From the human T2T-CHM13v2.0 reference genome, Homo sapiens, in assembly GCF_009914755.1 (NCBI RefSeq), contig NC_060939.1: a DNA stretch of 64,000 bases; one strand, written 5' to 3'. Below the pieces are notes generated by a model that worked only from the letters and a program-made list of their open reading frames with translations, did no database searches and was not told the origin of the DNA. Numbering within the stretch: position 1 is the first letter of the stretch; each line of letters starts with the position of its first letter. Shown here piece by piece: positions 45,908-60,165 of this stretch. Position numbers and translations under genes: made by a program.

Positions 45908-47166
45908 AGTATATTCCTAATTCCTCTCTTCTAAGCTTTATTTTTTTTTTTTTTTGAGACAGGGTCTTGCTCTGTTGCCCAGTCTGGAGTGCAGTGGCAT
46001 GATCCCAGCTGACTGCAACCTCCGCTCCCCGCAGGCTCAAGTGCTCCTCCTGCCTCAGCCTCCCAAGTAGCTGGGACTACTGGTGCATACTACCATGCTT
46101 GGCTAATTTTTGTAGAGACAGGGTCTCACTATGTTGCCCAGGCTTGTCTCGAACTCCTGGGCTTAAGTGATCTGCCTGCCTCAGCCTCCCAAAATGCTTG
46201 AATTACAGGCATGAGCCACCATGCCTGGGCCTCTTCTCAGCTTTTTAAACTGATCTGACAATCTCTGTCTTTTAATTGGTATATTTAGAATATTTACATT
46301 TTTGTTGTCATACATTTTACTTTTATATAAACTGTAATTCAATATATATTGCTACAATTTCTTCTTTCAGTAGTCATTTAACGTTTAGAGTAATTAAAAA
46401 TAAGAAAAAATCTTTTATAGTTACCTCCATTTCAATCATTTCTGGAGATCTTTATTTCTTTGTGTAGACACAAGTTTCTGTCTGGTATCACATTCTTTCC
46501 ACCTAAGGAATGTCCCTGAGCATTTCTTGCAGTACAGGTCTGCTAGTAATGAATTCCCTCTTTTTGGTTGTCTGAAAAATGTCTTTCTTTTTTCTTCATT
46601 TTTGAAAGAGTATTTTTGCTGAGGATAATACTCTGAGTTGAGAGGGTTTCTTCACCCAGCAGTTGAAAGATATCACTCCATTGTCTTCTGGATTACACAA
46701 TTTCTGATAGTAAGTTTACTGACTCTTACCTTTGCTTCTCTGCGTATAATGTGTCTTTTCTTTTCTCTACCTTCCTTCAAGATTTTCTTTCTTTGGTTTA
46801 TAGCAGTTTAAATATGATGTGTCTAGGTAGTTAAATATGATGTGTCTAGGGGTGTGTGTGTGTACGCACACACCTTGGTTAGGACTACGGTTTGATGTCT
46901 TTTATCATCATTTTAATAGCTACATAAAGGCAACAGTGCCTTCATGGTCATGCCCTAATTCATTTTATCTATTTTATATTGATGGGTTTTATAAACTGTT
47001 TCCAATATTTCATTATTATACAATGCTGACATCAACATCCTTATATATATATATAATCTTTGGGAATTGAACTGAATATTTACTGAGGATAAATTACTAG
47101 AAGCAGAATTTCTGGGTTAAACAGCTTGCACATTTTTAATATATATTACCAAAGGACTCTCCACAA

Positions 47167-47308
47167 ATGGCATGTGAGAAAGTTGGTGTCCCCAAATGCT
47201 CACTAAAAGTTCTGCAGCCTCACTAAAATGTTTGCAACCATGGCATGTGAGAAAGTTGGTTTCCCCAAGTGCTAAAAGTTCTGCAGCCTCACTAAAATGT
47301 TTGCAACT
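47167..47308. repeat. Tandem duplication, units of 73 and 69 bp
   Basis: ATGGCATGTGAGAAAGTTGGT...CTCACTAAAATGTTTGCAAC occurs twice (47167-47239 and 47240-47308). Confidence 0.92.
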
Positions 47309-48029
47309 GTGCATGTTACCTCTATCCTAGGATTTATGTCTTTCTATTTCTAGAAAATTTTCATCCATTGCCTCTTTGAATTTTATCCTGCCTCTTTCTC
47401 TTCATTCTCTTTTTCTGGATTTCTTATTAGACTTATGTCAGACCTCATTCTATTGATTATATCTCTTAACCACTCATTCTTATTTTCCATCAATTCACCC
47501 TCTTCTGAAAACTGGGTGATATTTCTCAGGTTTACCTTCAATTTTTAATCCATTCTCAATTCATCTGGAAGTAATCATATCATCCCCTCTTTTATTTAAA
47601 ATTTGTATTTGCGTCTACTTCAAATGGCCTATTCTTTATTCCTAGTATTCAGTTAGTTTACTATGGCTTCCATTCCTTCGTTAATCTGTAATCATTTTTT
47701 AAATGCTTATGGTTTCTTTCAGATTATTCTGTTGTATCTACTTCTAGAAGAATTAATTTTGCCACCTGTTGGGTCAGCTTGCTCTCCTTTCTAGTTTTTC
47801 TCAGATGGTTCCTAATATTCAATTATGAGCTCATAGTCTGTGGGGGTTGTTTTTCTGTGGTAGGTTATATTGCCTGGCTATAGAAGTGTTCCAAGTGGCT
47901 GGCCAAGCACACATTAGTACTTGGTTGCACTTTTGTGAGCCAATAAAAGACAATATGGCTGACAGATCATTCTGAGAAAGGTTAAGTTTGTAGCGAAATT
48001 TTTATCCTAGGGAGATGCAGAATATTTTA

Positions 48030-48290
48030 ATAACTAAGGACATAGATCCTGAAACCCAACTCCCAGACTCAATACCCAGCTCTGTCACTTACCAGCTATG
48101 TGGTTATGGGTAAATTACCTTCTTTGTGCTTCAGTGTCATCATCTATAATGTGAACATAATAACAAAGTCTATGTGCAAGAGGCATTGTGAGGGCTAAAT
48201 TAGTCAATACAGTAATATATGTACAGTGCTTAGAACTGCTTCTTGTGAATAGTATGTGCTGTTTAAGTGTTATATGTTACTGTTACTATT
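48030..48290. mobile_element. MIR
   Basis: cccagctctgtcacttaccagctatgtg...cttcagtgtcatcatctataatg...gtgcttagaac. Confidence 0.7.
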
Positions 48291-48894
48291 ATTTACATGG
48301 TTTCAGAGGGAACCAAGAAAAGGTCTGAAAGACAGAAAAAGAGAGAGGTTTGGCCAGAGGAAAAGAAACATGGAGCTGTGTGTAGAGGAGACAGAAGGGG
48401 ACAGCTCAGAAGGGAGACAGAGGGCCTTGGGAAGCAGCCAGGAATGTGACATGGTAGGACTGACTGGCCCCAGTTTCCAAATGGAACACTGAGGTCTCCC
48501 ATGGGAGAATCACCCAGGTTTGCCCTGTGAAGGCCCCTTGAGTGGTGCTCCTCTGGCAGAATCACATCAGATTGTCTCATGTGGTCAGAACGGGTGCCCC
48601 GGGACCATGAAGTTTGGGCAACTGTGGCAAACTCAGTGCTCTTCTTCAGGCCTGTAGAGACACAAGTTGTCTCTCTCCTCCTTGCTGTCATCTGGATTCA
48701 GTGACTTCACAAAAGCCTTTCTTTCTCTCTAGCAGAGAGGGCAGGAACCACTGTGAGGCCTGCTTTTCCAAGAATGTTCAACCTTGACTCAAAGCAAACA
48801 TGAAACATCTCAGATTAAGGATATCCCTTCTCCAGATAGGTCCTGCTTATAGAATCTATCAAGTCTACTATAAAACGTTCAATATACCACACAG

Positions 48895-49635
48895 AAAATG
48901 TAAATTAATACAGCCATTATGACAAACACCAGGGAGGTTCCTCAAAAAAGTAACAAGAGAACTATCCCATGATTCAGCAATCCCACTACTGGGTATATAT
49001 CCAAAGGAAATGAAATCAGTATCTAAAAGAGATATCTACACTCCCATGTCCATTGCAGCATTATTCCCGATCACCAAGATGTGGAATCAACCTGTGTCTG
49101 TCAAAGGATGAATGGATAAATGGACGAATGGCATATATACACAACAGAATACTGCAGCCTTAAGAAAAGGAGGAAATCCTGTCATTTGCAATAACACAGA
49201 TGAACCTGGAGGAGATTATATTACATGAAATAAGCTAGGCACAGAAAGACAAAGACCACATGATCACATTTACAGGTGGAATCTAAAACATCCAGAATCA
49301 TAGAAGCAGAGTGTAGAATGGGCTGCCAGTAGGACGAAGCGTTGGAGAGATACTGGTCAAAGGACACAAACTTTCTGTTAGGAGAAATAAGTTCAAGAGG
49401 TCTACTGTACAATATGGTGACTACAGTAAGCAATATATTATATATTTACAATTGCTTTAAAATGTAGATTTTAAGTGTTCTCAGCACAAATAAAAATACG
49501 AGATAATGCACATGTCAATTAGCTTGATTTAGCCACTCCACATTATACACCTATTTCAAAATACATGTTGTACAACACAGATATATACCATTTTTGTCAA
49601 TGAAAAATATTTTTAAAAAGCAATAACAAAATAAA
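48895..49635 (+). mobile_element. L1MA 3' end
   Basis: cagcaatcccactactgggtatatatccaaaggaaatgaaatcagt...aagttcaagaggtctactgtacaatatggtgact...ttagcttgatttagcc. Confidence 0.85.
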
Positions 49636-49968
49636 ATGTCTAACAGAATTCCTGCAGTAGCACACAAACATGACATGCCTTAATAGAATGCCAATATGAA
49701 TTAAAAACCACACAAGGTTATGAAAATCAAAAAAGATATCAATGACCTTGGCATTGTTTCATTAAGAAAAAGTAAAAATCTCAAAGTAATGATAACTGGC
49801 TGATAGTGTTTTAAATCCAATTAGCTAGACATCTTGAAACAACCATGAGATTATTTCATCATTATGGAAAGAGTTTTCTAAAATGTTATCTGACCAAGGA
49901 TATGTTACAAATAATAAAACAATGATTCTAACTATGCTTGGTTACTTGTTTAATAAAAGACAACAACC

Positions 49969-50279
49969 AGCCAGGTGTGGTGGCTCACACCTGTAATCCC
50001 AGCATTTTGGGAAGCCAAGGCAGGAGGATTGCTTGAGGCCAGGAGTTCAAGACCCACCTGGTCAACATAGCAAGACCTCATTTCTACCAAAAATAAAAAT
50101 TAAAAATAAGAAAGCTTAGCCTGGTGTGGTGGCATGCACCTGTAGTCCCAGCCTCTTAGGAGGCAGAGGCAGTAGGATCACCTGAGTCTAGGAGTTGGAG
50201 GCTACAGTGAGCTATGATCACAACACTGGACTCCAGCCTTGGTAACAGAGCAGGATTCTGTCTCAAAAAAAAAAAAAAA
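49969..50279 (+). mobile_element. AluJ-like
   Basis: Diverged Alu with an A tail. Confidence 0.9.
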
Positions 50280-53200
50280 GCTTTGAAAAACATTAATCAA
50301 TCCAAGACATGTTCCCAGTAGGTAGCCAGCAAGCGCCCTTGTGCATTTAGGCTCACAGGATGAGCAACTAAAAATTTTAATCAAGACGGAAAAAAACTAT
50401 TCCATTTTTTGCCACCATCACTAGAAAGCAGTGAAAGCATTCCTGAATATCTGAGGGCACTGCTCTATTTGTTTAGGTATAATTCAAATGTAGTTTCACT
50501 ATGACACTTATTTTTGAAAAGAGTTGGTTATGTATTCATTATTTGTAAATAAATACATAAATATTGCCAGAGAATATTCATTATTTGTGAGACTGACACT
50601 TAAATCCATATTGAAGAATAGCAGAGGTACAAAAGTAACTTGATTGATTTCACTAAAGGGATTCAATGGTTCCCTACTGCCGTTAAAATAAAACAAGTTT
50701 AAACTTCTCAACATCATACAACACCCTTTAAGATATAACCCCTGGCTACCCGCACACCTACTAACTAACGTTGCAGCATCGTGATGGAATGGGATAATCC
50801 TGGAAATCTAAAGGTCAAATTCATGTTTTTCTCTGAGTCCTTACAGCTGCTGCCCAAGCAAAACCTCCAAAGAGAATTAGAAAGAGTAAGAGAGAGAGCA
50901 AGAGAGAGAGCGAGGGAAAGACAAGATAGGAATACAGAACTCCTCAGCGTAGAGAAGTCAAATGATACCTGGAGAGTTCAAAAAAAGGCACTGTTAAGCT
51001 CTGTGGAGCAGGGAGTATGACGGCGGGTGGGGAACCAACATTAAACAACTGAGTTTCATAGTTCACACTTCCAAAGCAAATAGTTCTAAAAAGTTCTAAA
51101 TAGCTCTAAAAAGGATTCTATCTTACTTTGATTTTTTAACAATATTGTTCTTTAATCTATGCAGATACATTTTCCAAGTGACCAGAGAGTCAGTGTTGAC
51201 AGAGTGATAAGAAGTTTTTTGATTTGAGGATTTTTGCTACTGGTATCAGAAGAATTATGGCCAAAGAATGTAGGGGAAAACCAGCTTGCAGCCATAGGGC
51301 TATGCCTGGCAGTGTTCAGTACAATTTGCTCTTCCTGCCAGTCTAAAAGTTTGAGCCTCTTCCTCACTAAAGAAGTGTCAGTTTGCTGTAACTTATGATT
51401 AAACTAATACCTGCCCAACTCAGTTTAAGCTGATTGCTATTGGCATGAGAAAATCATGTTATTTTAGCTACAATTAATTTGATTCCAGAGGATTTTTTCT
51501 GAAATGATGCAGAAAGTTCAAACTAAGCAGGAGTTGAATTAACAGGAAGAAGCTATGTAGTAAGTTCATTAAAATTCATGGTGAATATTAAATAATTACT
51601 TTGAATGAAAAGCATCTTAAGAAATATATATCCCCTATGGATGTTTCTTCTCAGAATACTTGTTCCCAAAGAATAATGCAGATAAAATATTAGCAAGATT
51701 CACTTCTGTAATATATAAGAATATATAAAGAGACTCCAACAATAGCTTCATCCAGTCAGCTCCTGTGAGGCCACACAATGGATTTTAGGTGAGTCTACAA
51801 CAAATGCGCATATCTTTTAGCAATAATGGTATCCCAAAGGGTAAGGCAAACTGTACAGCACGATCAAAACAAAACTATTTCAGCGACCACAGTCAAGTCT
51901 GCCCCATCCTTGGGGCTCTCTCATGGAATTCACAAAGCCCCTGAAATTAGTCATTCACGTCTCTCAACACACAGCAACATAGATACGGAGCCATAAAGTA
52001 AGAAGAAAAACACAGTCAGAATCTGAATTGATAACTCTCCTCCTTATATTTTCAGTGACTTGAATTTTTTCCATATAAATCAACTGGAAAACTTTCACGG
52101 CTTCACAAGATGCTTTCTCTCTGGTTGCTCATATTAGGTCTATTAACCTCCTTGAGAAGCACATTATTCTCTGAAAAGCTATAGCAAGAGCCTTGAAATC
52201 ATCAGCCCTACTTAGCTGTGACAGTGTTGAAACCCTTTAATAGCAACAGGTTCCACTTCCCTACTTCCCTTTCTATAGGTATATGGAGAAAACTTCCAGA
52301 GAAAAGAAGGAAAAGTTTTACCTAACTCTACCCATTGTTAAGCATGCTCCCTTTGGACCAGCATCCAAACAAGCCACGCTTGATGGAGTGGACGTGCAAC
52401 AGCTCACTGTCTTAAATATCTACTACACAGGCTATCTTACCAACAGGCCCTTGCCTATATTAAATTACTCATGCAAAAGGCAGGGTCCATATCTTCTGCA
52501 CCATTCACATTGCACTTAGGCTTCATGGGTTATTTCTCCCCTTGCATATTGTAAGATTAAGGAGCCTGAAAAGAACCTTATCTGAAAACTCTGTCAACCC
52601 TCATTAGCACCAGACATGGTTTTATATCTAGGGGTTGCTTCATAAAGACCTAAATAGATGAATAAATTAAAACCTGAAGTTTAATATAACTTAACAGCAT
52701 CATCATTTTTTCCTGTGTACTCACTTTTATAACTATACCTACTGATGAGAACTACCTTCAACCAACAAGCTGAATGTTTACTATCTTCCCATTGCCAACA
52801 CACAGTGTCAGAGCTGCTTAGAGAGATGTATTCAACAATGATACATCATGCTACACTGTAATTAGTCTAGTGAACGTACAGGGAATACTCATGCACTCTA
52901 TTCTACTCCCTCTGTCCCAGTAACTATAATTATGCAGTCTGAAAGGAAAAAATATGTTGGAAATATTTCCAAAGACCCCAAGGGTACGATAATTAGAGGA
53001 CTAAGAAAGGAAAGTGAGCCTGATCGTGCTTCAGTCCACTGGGACCTAGCATAGCTGATGTGAACTGGAGAAATAAGATTTTGGAAATGAAAGCTTCTTA
53101 CTCCTTATGATCTGACACAATCTGACAATGACATTAATTAAAAGCTGAAAATATCATTCATTTTTCTATAGCTGAATTTAGTAGGCAAGGCAGGAGAAAA

Positions 53201-53504
53201 AGGAGAGGCCTGAGGGTAAGGAGCTAGAAATGGCATTCCAATTCTTCTAACAGATTTGGGACACTCTCCCACTACTGAGGAGGTTAAATTGCTCTAGAGC
53301 AGACCTCCTGTGTGTCCTTCACCACTTTCTCCTGTCCCTGCAAGGAAGGAGAAGGCCAGCAGGAGAGGAGTGTTTGCGCAGTGAGGAGCTGGGAGAGCCA
53401 GAATAGCAGATAGGGCAAGAGCTGGGGGTAGCCAGATCCAGGACGAGGCAGGAGATAGCTGGCCAAGACAGGGAAGGCTCTGGAAGGAAGTGATGGATCA
53501 TCGA

Positions 53505-53551
53505 AGGTCACAGCAAGGTCAAGAATAGAACACTTAACCTTGCTCTGACCT
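53505..53551. promoter_or_regulatory. Paired inverted DR5 nuclear-receptor elements (palindrome)
   Basis: AGGTCA-cagca-AGGTCA (53505-53521) and, on the minus strand, AGGTCA-gagca-AGGTTA (53535-53551). Confidence 0.55.
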
Positions 53552-55020
53552 GAAAGGATGAGTTATAGCTCACAGGCCATGAGAGCCAGCCAGCTCAATA
53601 AGAGAATGGAATAAATGCTCAAACAGAATGCTGGGAGCCTAGAGCTCTGTAGGAAGGAGGGAGAGGGGCAAAGTAAACAAAATAACAGATTGGCACAATG
53701 GTAGCATGGAAGGAACTTGATAACTAAGACACTCTGGCCTAGACCCAGAATATCTATGATTCTAGACCCAGAATAATATCTGTAGTAATATATATAATTC
53801 TAGCAGAGTATCTATGATTCCTTTTGAGGTAAGAACTAAACTGGCAAAGTGTATGTAAGGGCTTTGCAGATGTAACATGATTTTGGAAGTACTTGTCTGT
53901 AATGAAGTGCATGTGGGTGGGCAGAAACAACACCTTTTGGAAAGCAAATCCTAATACTTGCTTTTCTCTCTTTTCTTCTTCAGCCCTCCCTCAAGTAAAC
54001 ATGGAGAGAGTGGAAGAGAAGAGGGCAGAAATAGAGAGCAAAACAACAGGGAGACTTATTTCAGTTCCATTTCTCTCCCCATGCTAAGCGCTATTTTGTA
54101 TAAGCATTTCCCAGTGACTTTAAGCAACGGAGACTTTCTGTGCCTGAATCTTCATTAGTCACGTTGCTGAAAACTGGACAAAAGGTTTCTTTGCTTTGTA
54201 ACATTTTCTAAGCATCCAAGATTCATGATGGTGATGGCCACAGTGACACAGATACGCAGAGAATTCGCCTAACATTTTAGCATTTCATGAATAATCAGTT
54301 TCCAATTCCTGCATTTTTACTCTAATATTAGTTGATTTGAATAACATTGAGTTATTTACCATGTAATTTTCCTGCTGGTTCAAAATAATGCAATTTTGAA
54401 AATGCTATTAGCCTGTTTAATGCAGTAAGATCAATGAGGAGATGTGACCTCTTATTTTCTCATTATAAAACAAAATGCAAGGGAAAGAATTTTCTATCCT
54501 GGGAAAGATCGATTTTCTACTTTCTCAGTTTGTAAAATATTGGCTTTCACAGTGCAATCAATGTCACTGACTCAATGTGGATGAAGCAAATAATATAAAA
54601 TATAAATCTGTTCATTTTCATTAAGCCACAGTTTCCATTAGTCTTGCCCTTGGTGTTATTCTTATAAAGGCTTAAGTATGCAAATACCACAACAAAAGAC
54701 TGATCACTGGATGATAAATATTAGCCAATAAATTTTAATATTACCCTAAGTAAGGAAACAAAAGTGAGCATATATGCAAAGATCAGTGACATGCTGCAAC
54801 TCTTTAAATTATTTTTCCAGTAAAGAACTCTGAAATTTTGTAATAGGGGTAAGAAGGTAATCTACAACACCAAATAGATTTTATATACTCATATGGATGG
54901 AAGGAACCTGGAAAAGTTATCTACACCTTCCTTGTTTCCAGATAAGATTATGTAAGTCTTATGTAACAGAAAGAAAAGCTATTTTTGCTAACTGTTAAGA
55001 GTTCTGGCAAAAGCAAATAT

Positions 55021-55497
55021 TGTAAGCCCCTCTTCATCAGCCTCTAAGATGGTCAATGATCTTCACATCCCTGTGTGGGCCTCTCCCATAGTCAATGAAG
55101 TCGATATGTGTAAACAATAGGACATGACAGAAATGTCTGTGAGATTTCCAAGGCTAGGTCACAAAAGGCATTGCTACTTCTGTCCTCATCTCTTTTGAAT
55201 CACTTGCTCTGGGGAAAGCCAAATGACACGTCTTGAGGAAACCCAAGCAGTCCTATGAAGAGGCTCATGTGGTAAGGAACTGGGGCCTCCTGCCAACAGC
55301 CATGTGAATGCACCAACTTGGAAGTGGATCCTCCAGCCCCACTCATGCCTTCAGGTGGCCACAGCTCTGGCCAACATCTTGATGCAACCTTATGAGACAC
55401 CTTGACCCAGAAATACCCAGCTAAGCTGTTCCTAAATTCCTGATCTACAGAAATTATGAGATAATAACTGTTGCTTTAAGCTGCTATGTGTTGAGGT
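55021..55497 (+). mobile_element. MaLR LTR (MLT1F-like)
   Basis: ggctaggtcacaaaagg...ggaactggggcctcctgccaacagccatgtg...ttggaagtggatcctccagcccc. Confidence 0.75.
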
Positions 55498-56199
55498 CTA
55501 CTACTTAGACACTTTGCATAGACTCTTACTTCTTTCATCTTCAGAATGAAAATGATAAAATTTACCTTTTAGAGCTGTCGTATTAAATGAGATATATAAA
55601 AAGTGCCAAACACTGCCTCACTCATTACAGGTGTTAAATAACTATAATATCACAAAGCATTATTATTTGTGAGCTTTATTTTGCTGATCATCATGAAACT
55701 ATAAATTAGTGAGACTTATTTCTAAGTCATAAAAGGCATCACAGTAGTTACTGAGCAACCACAAAATAATGTTTTCTCAGTGTCAGATTTTACTTACCCT
55801 TCCTTTAAGAAAACAAATTTTAAAAAATCATGTAAACTTTAAGCTCTTTTAACTCTTCAAAGTAAATCTCCTTTTTATTCTCTGACTTTCTAAGAAATAT
55901 AAAGAACACCAAAACCTAAACAATTAATAGTTCTTAAAATAATTTTATCAGCTTAACTTCTTTCCATCAGTAAAATTAATGAAATCAGAAAATGTAGCTC
56001 CTTGACTGTCCAACCGTGATTTTTCCCTGATAAGTAGCTGTTGGAAACACCATAAAAGCCACAGTCAAGGCACATCAGTCACTAACACTGAGGGCTAGGC
56101 CTATGGGATGGCAATGAGGACTCAAGGATGGTAGCATTTACCTTTAGCCTATGGGATGACCTTAACCAGATCATTCGAAGGCCTTGGTCTGTTCCCAGT

Positions 56200-57880
56200 T
56201 GGACATTAGAAACTTCCAGCAACACTTATGTCCAGAGTACGCTCTTCTGGTTTCCCTGCTACTGCTTTGGCTATTTCTCAGTATTTTTTGCTGGCTTCTC
56301 TTCCTTCTTCAGGCCCCAGTCTTGACCCTTCTCATGCTATCCTCTTCTCTAGACTATTTTAGGTGAAATTTTAATAACTTTCATGTGTATTGTTCCACTT
56401 TACCTCTTATCTGAGCTATAGACCCAAATATCCATAAGCCAACCAGATATCCATATGCCCACTTGACTTCTTTACTTTGGACTCTCACAATCATCTTGGA
56501 CTTAACATGTCCAACCTAAGCATTTGACCTTTCCCAAAACTCTTCCTCCTCCAATATTATCCATCTCAGAAAATGATACCTCCATCCCCCTGGTTGCTCA
56601 TGTTAGAAACATGGGAATCCTTGCCACCTTCTTATCACTTGGCCCCACATCCAATGCAATATTTAGTCCTGTCAACTCTACCTACAGAATAAATGCATAA
56701 TGCAGCTGCTTCTCTCCATCCCCACTAGCACCACTCTGGCCTGTCACCCTCACCTCCACTGCTGCAGCTCCTCGCTGGTCTCCCCACACTGCTCCTCCAG
56801 CCCATCTAACACATTCTCCACACCACAACCAGACCAACAATTTTAACAGCAGTTAGGAACATCACTCCCCTTCTTGAAACTTCCATTGCCTTCCCATTGT
56901 TTGTAAAGGGAAAAACCAAAAGTCTAGCCTGCCCACCGCTAGACTGTGAGAATTAGGAAAGCTGTCCCTTCCTGCTCCTTACAATAGATGACAAGTCTAT
57001 GACTTTGAATGTGAATGGTGCCCCCTAGAGTACTGCTATCCTACGGACAAGGGAGAGTAGCAGCCCCATGGGCCTTCACTTGAATCCCTAAAACTTCAAA
57101 GTTCTCCTCTGCCTGGGTGGCTGATATGGTTTGGATGCATGTCCTCTCCAAATCTCATGTTGAAATGTGGCCTCCATTGTTAGAAGTGGGGCCTAGTAGG
57201 AGATGTTTGAGTCATGGGGGTGGATCCCTTATGAATGGCCCGGTGCCATCCCCATGGTAATGAATGAGTTCTCACTCTGGTGGTTCACACAAGAATTGGT
57301 TGTTTAAAAGAGCCTGGCACTTCCTTCTCTCCCTCTTGCTCTGTGTCTCGCCATGTGACATGCTGTCTGGCTCCCCTTCGCCTTCTGCCATGACTGCAAG
57401 CTTCCTGAGGCCAGAAGCAGATGCTGGCACAATGCTTCATGTATAGCCTGCAGAACTGTGAGCCAAATAAACCTCTTTTCTTTTTAAATTACCTAGTCTG
57501 AGGTAGTATTTTATAGTAATGCAAACTGAGTAACAAAGGAGGCTTCCCAGACCCCCAAACAACCGTTCCTTCTGCCCTCTACCTCATCCTCACTAAGTTT
57601 ACCTCACTTTTTAGGTCTTCTTCCAAGAAACCCTCCCTCACCACCAGAACCACCAATGCACATCAGGCCTGCCTGGCTTCAGTTCTCATCATACTGATTA
57701 TTTCTTGTTTGTAGCAATTATCATATTGAGGATTAGTCAACTATCTCTGCCAATCTCCACTAAACTGTAAGTTTTATGAAGGTAGGGATCTCATCAGATA
57801 TTTTTACCACTATAGCCCCAATGCCTAGAACAGTATCTGGTAACCATGAACACTAAATATGTATTTGTTAACTGGAAAAA
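56200..57880. mobile_element. L2 fragments flanking an MSTB-like MaLR LTR (57122-57537, +)
   Basis: LTR TGATATGGTTTGGATG...CCAAATCTCATGTTGAAATGTG...AGCCAAATAAACCTCTTTTC, with L2 motifs on both sides. Confidence 0.75.
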
Positions 57881-58108
57881 AATGAAAAAGCAAATGAACA
57901 TTGGGAAGCATATTTCCACTAGCTCCATGCTTACTAGTTATGTAGGATCCTAGTTGGATTCCAAGTTTGAGGGGAACCCAGAAACAAGATGCTGAGCTAC
58001 ATATCCACAAGCTCAACATTTTATCCCTCTACCCCTCTGCTTTTTCACAATGAAAACAGTTTTAGTTTCTTCCTGATTTTTTTTTAAACTAATACATGTT
58101 TACTGTTA

Positions 58109-58410
<302 letters not shown>

Positions 58411-60165
58411 AGGTTTAGAGAAGTATAGGAAGAAAGAAAAATTACCTGAAATCCCACCATCTTAAGAAAAGCATGGTAAATATTCTGGTCTTCACTTTTT
58501 CATACATGTCTCTGTGAATATATACACTTATATACTTAATTTTATGTAAGTGGCCTATCATTTACACATGCTGTTCTTTGTGGATACCATCTTCTTATAT
58601 ATATAATGTGAATATACCTTTCTCCATTATCATTATTTCATCATATATAAACATTTACATTGTATTTACAGACATATGGTATTATTATTTTGTAAAAATA
58701 TAATTTTATTTTATATATATGCATTACATAATGGGAAAAATCTCCCTATTCCACAGTGTGAATATATTACAATTTATTCAGCCTTTGTCCTACAAATGGG
58801 CACTCGCCTTGTTCATGGGTTTTTGCCATTATAAACAAAAAAAATTGTATATAAATATGCTTATTTTCTGGTGTTTTTATATCTGTGATATTGATTTCTC
58901 ATTTCCGCCAGCAATATTTGTAGAGCCTTTTCCCCAAAAATTCCTGCCTGCAGCAGGTGCTATCACATCTCACTGATTTTTGCCAATCAGTGGATGAGAA
59001 GCTTGGTGGAGACCCAGAAGGAGTAGTCCTGTGCCCAGTACCCAGTGCTTCATGGATGAGGCATCATTTTTATGGCATATGCTTTTCCAAATGCATTACT
59101 ATAACATTTCTGAAAAGTAATCCAGCTGGTTCAGGGTTGGATGGTTCTCTGAGTCCACCATAAGTGCAGCAACAGGTCTAAGTGAGTCAAGCAGATCCTC
59201 TTACCTCAGAGCCCTGTCTCTCACATCACATTCACTGCCGTTATGGGGGAAGAACCCCTAAGAGGGTGTGAGCACGCACTGCTCTGGGATGCCTATTTCA
59301 TAGCATGCAGGATGAGAAGGACAGTGTGCCAGGAGAGGGAAACAAAAGCAAGCTTATGCCTCAGAGGAAAGCTTCAATCCACAACAAATAACTCCCCAGG
59401 ATTGTGCTGAAATTCTTATCCGAGAGACATGCCATCTGGGCAAGCTGGAGCAGGGCAGCAGATGAGGGAATTGACAGTGAAGGCTAGAAGTAGAAATGGA
59501 AAGTCACTTCTAGAAAAACCCATTCACAACTCAGCAAAGCACACTGAAAAGGGGTCCACTTCTGGAACAAGGTTGAGAGATTTCCAACTGGAGTAAAGAC
59601 AGGACCCCAGGGGTGCTTAAAAGTCACAGAAAACCTCAGGAAAGGGGGACCACTGAGAAATATGGATAGCTGAGTAGAAGGTCCTCCCCACCTACAGGGG
59701 GCTCCTGCATGTTGTGCAGTGTGCAGGGCACAGCAAGGTGACCATTGCAGAGCTGGGCAAAGCCACAATGCCCCTAGCAACTGTGAACACACATTAGCTA
59801 TTCTTTCCTCTACATTAATGTAACCTTTTCAAATGCCATTTGCTTGAAACCCATCTTTTTGATTATTTTAAATTCATACAGCACACATCAGCTCCTATGA
59901 TTAAAATCCAACCTGCTCATTGAAGCTGCTTCTTCAGCTCTTGCCTGGAGTAAACAGAAGCCAGAGGGGGCCTGAAAACAGTCCCAAAGATGCCATCAGA
60001 GTCAGCCTCCAAGGAAGAACCCTGACCACTGACACAGTGTATCCTAATGAAATGGGGAAAAATGCAAAAAACTTTCCACCACTGCTTGGCAGAATAACAA
60101 TAATAATAATATGATCAAGTATTAAAAGGTATGAAGATATAAGCATCCTTATATGTTTTGGGTGG

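Noticed and set aside
47167-47308. Direct repeats as a CRISPR-like array
   Set aside because: Only two adjacent units, no spacers and a eukaryotic context. A simple tandem duplication.
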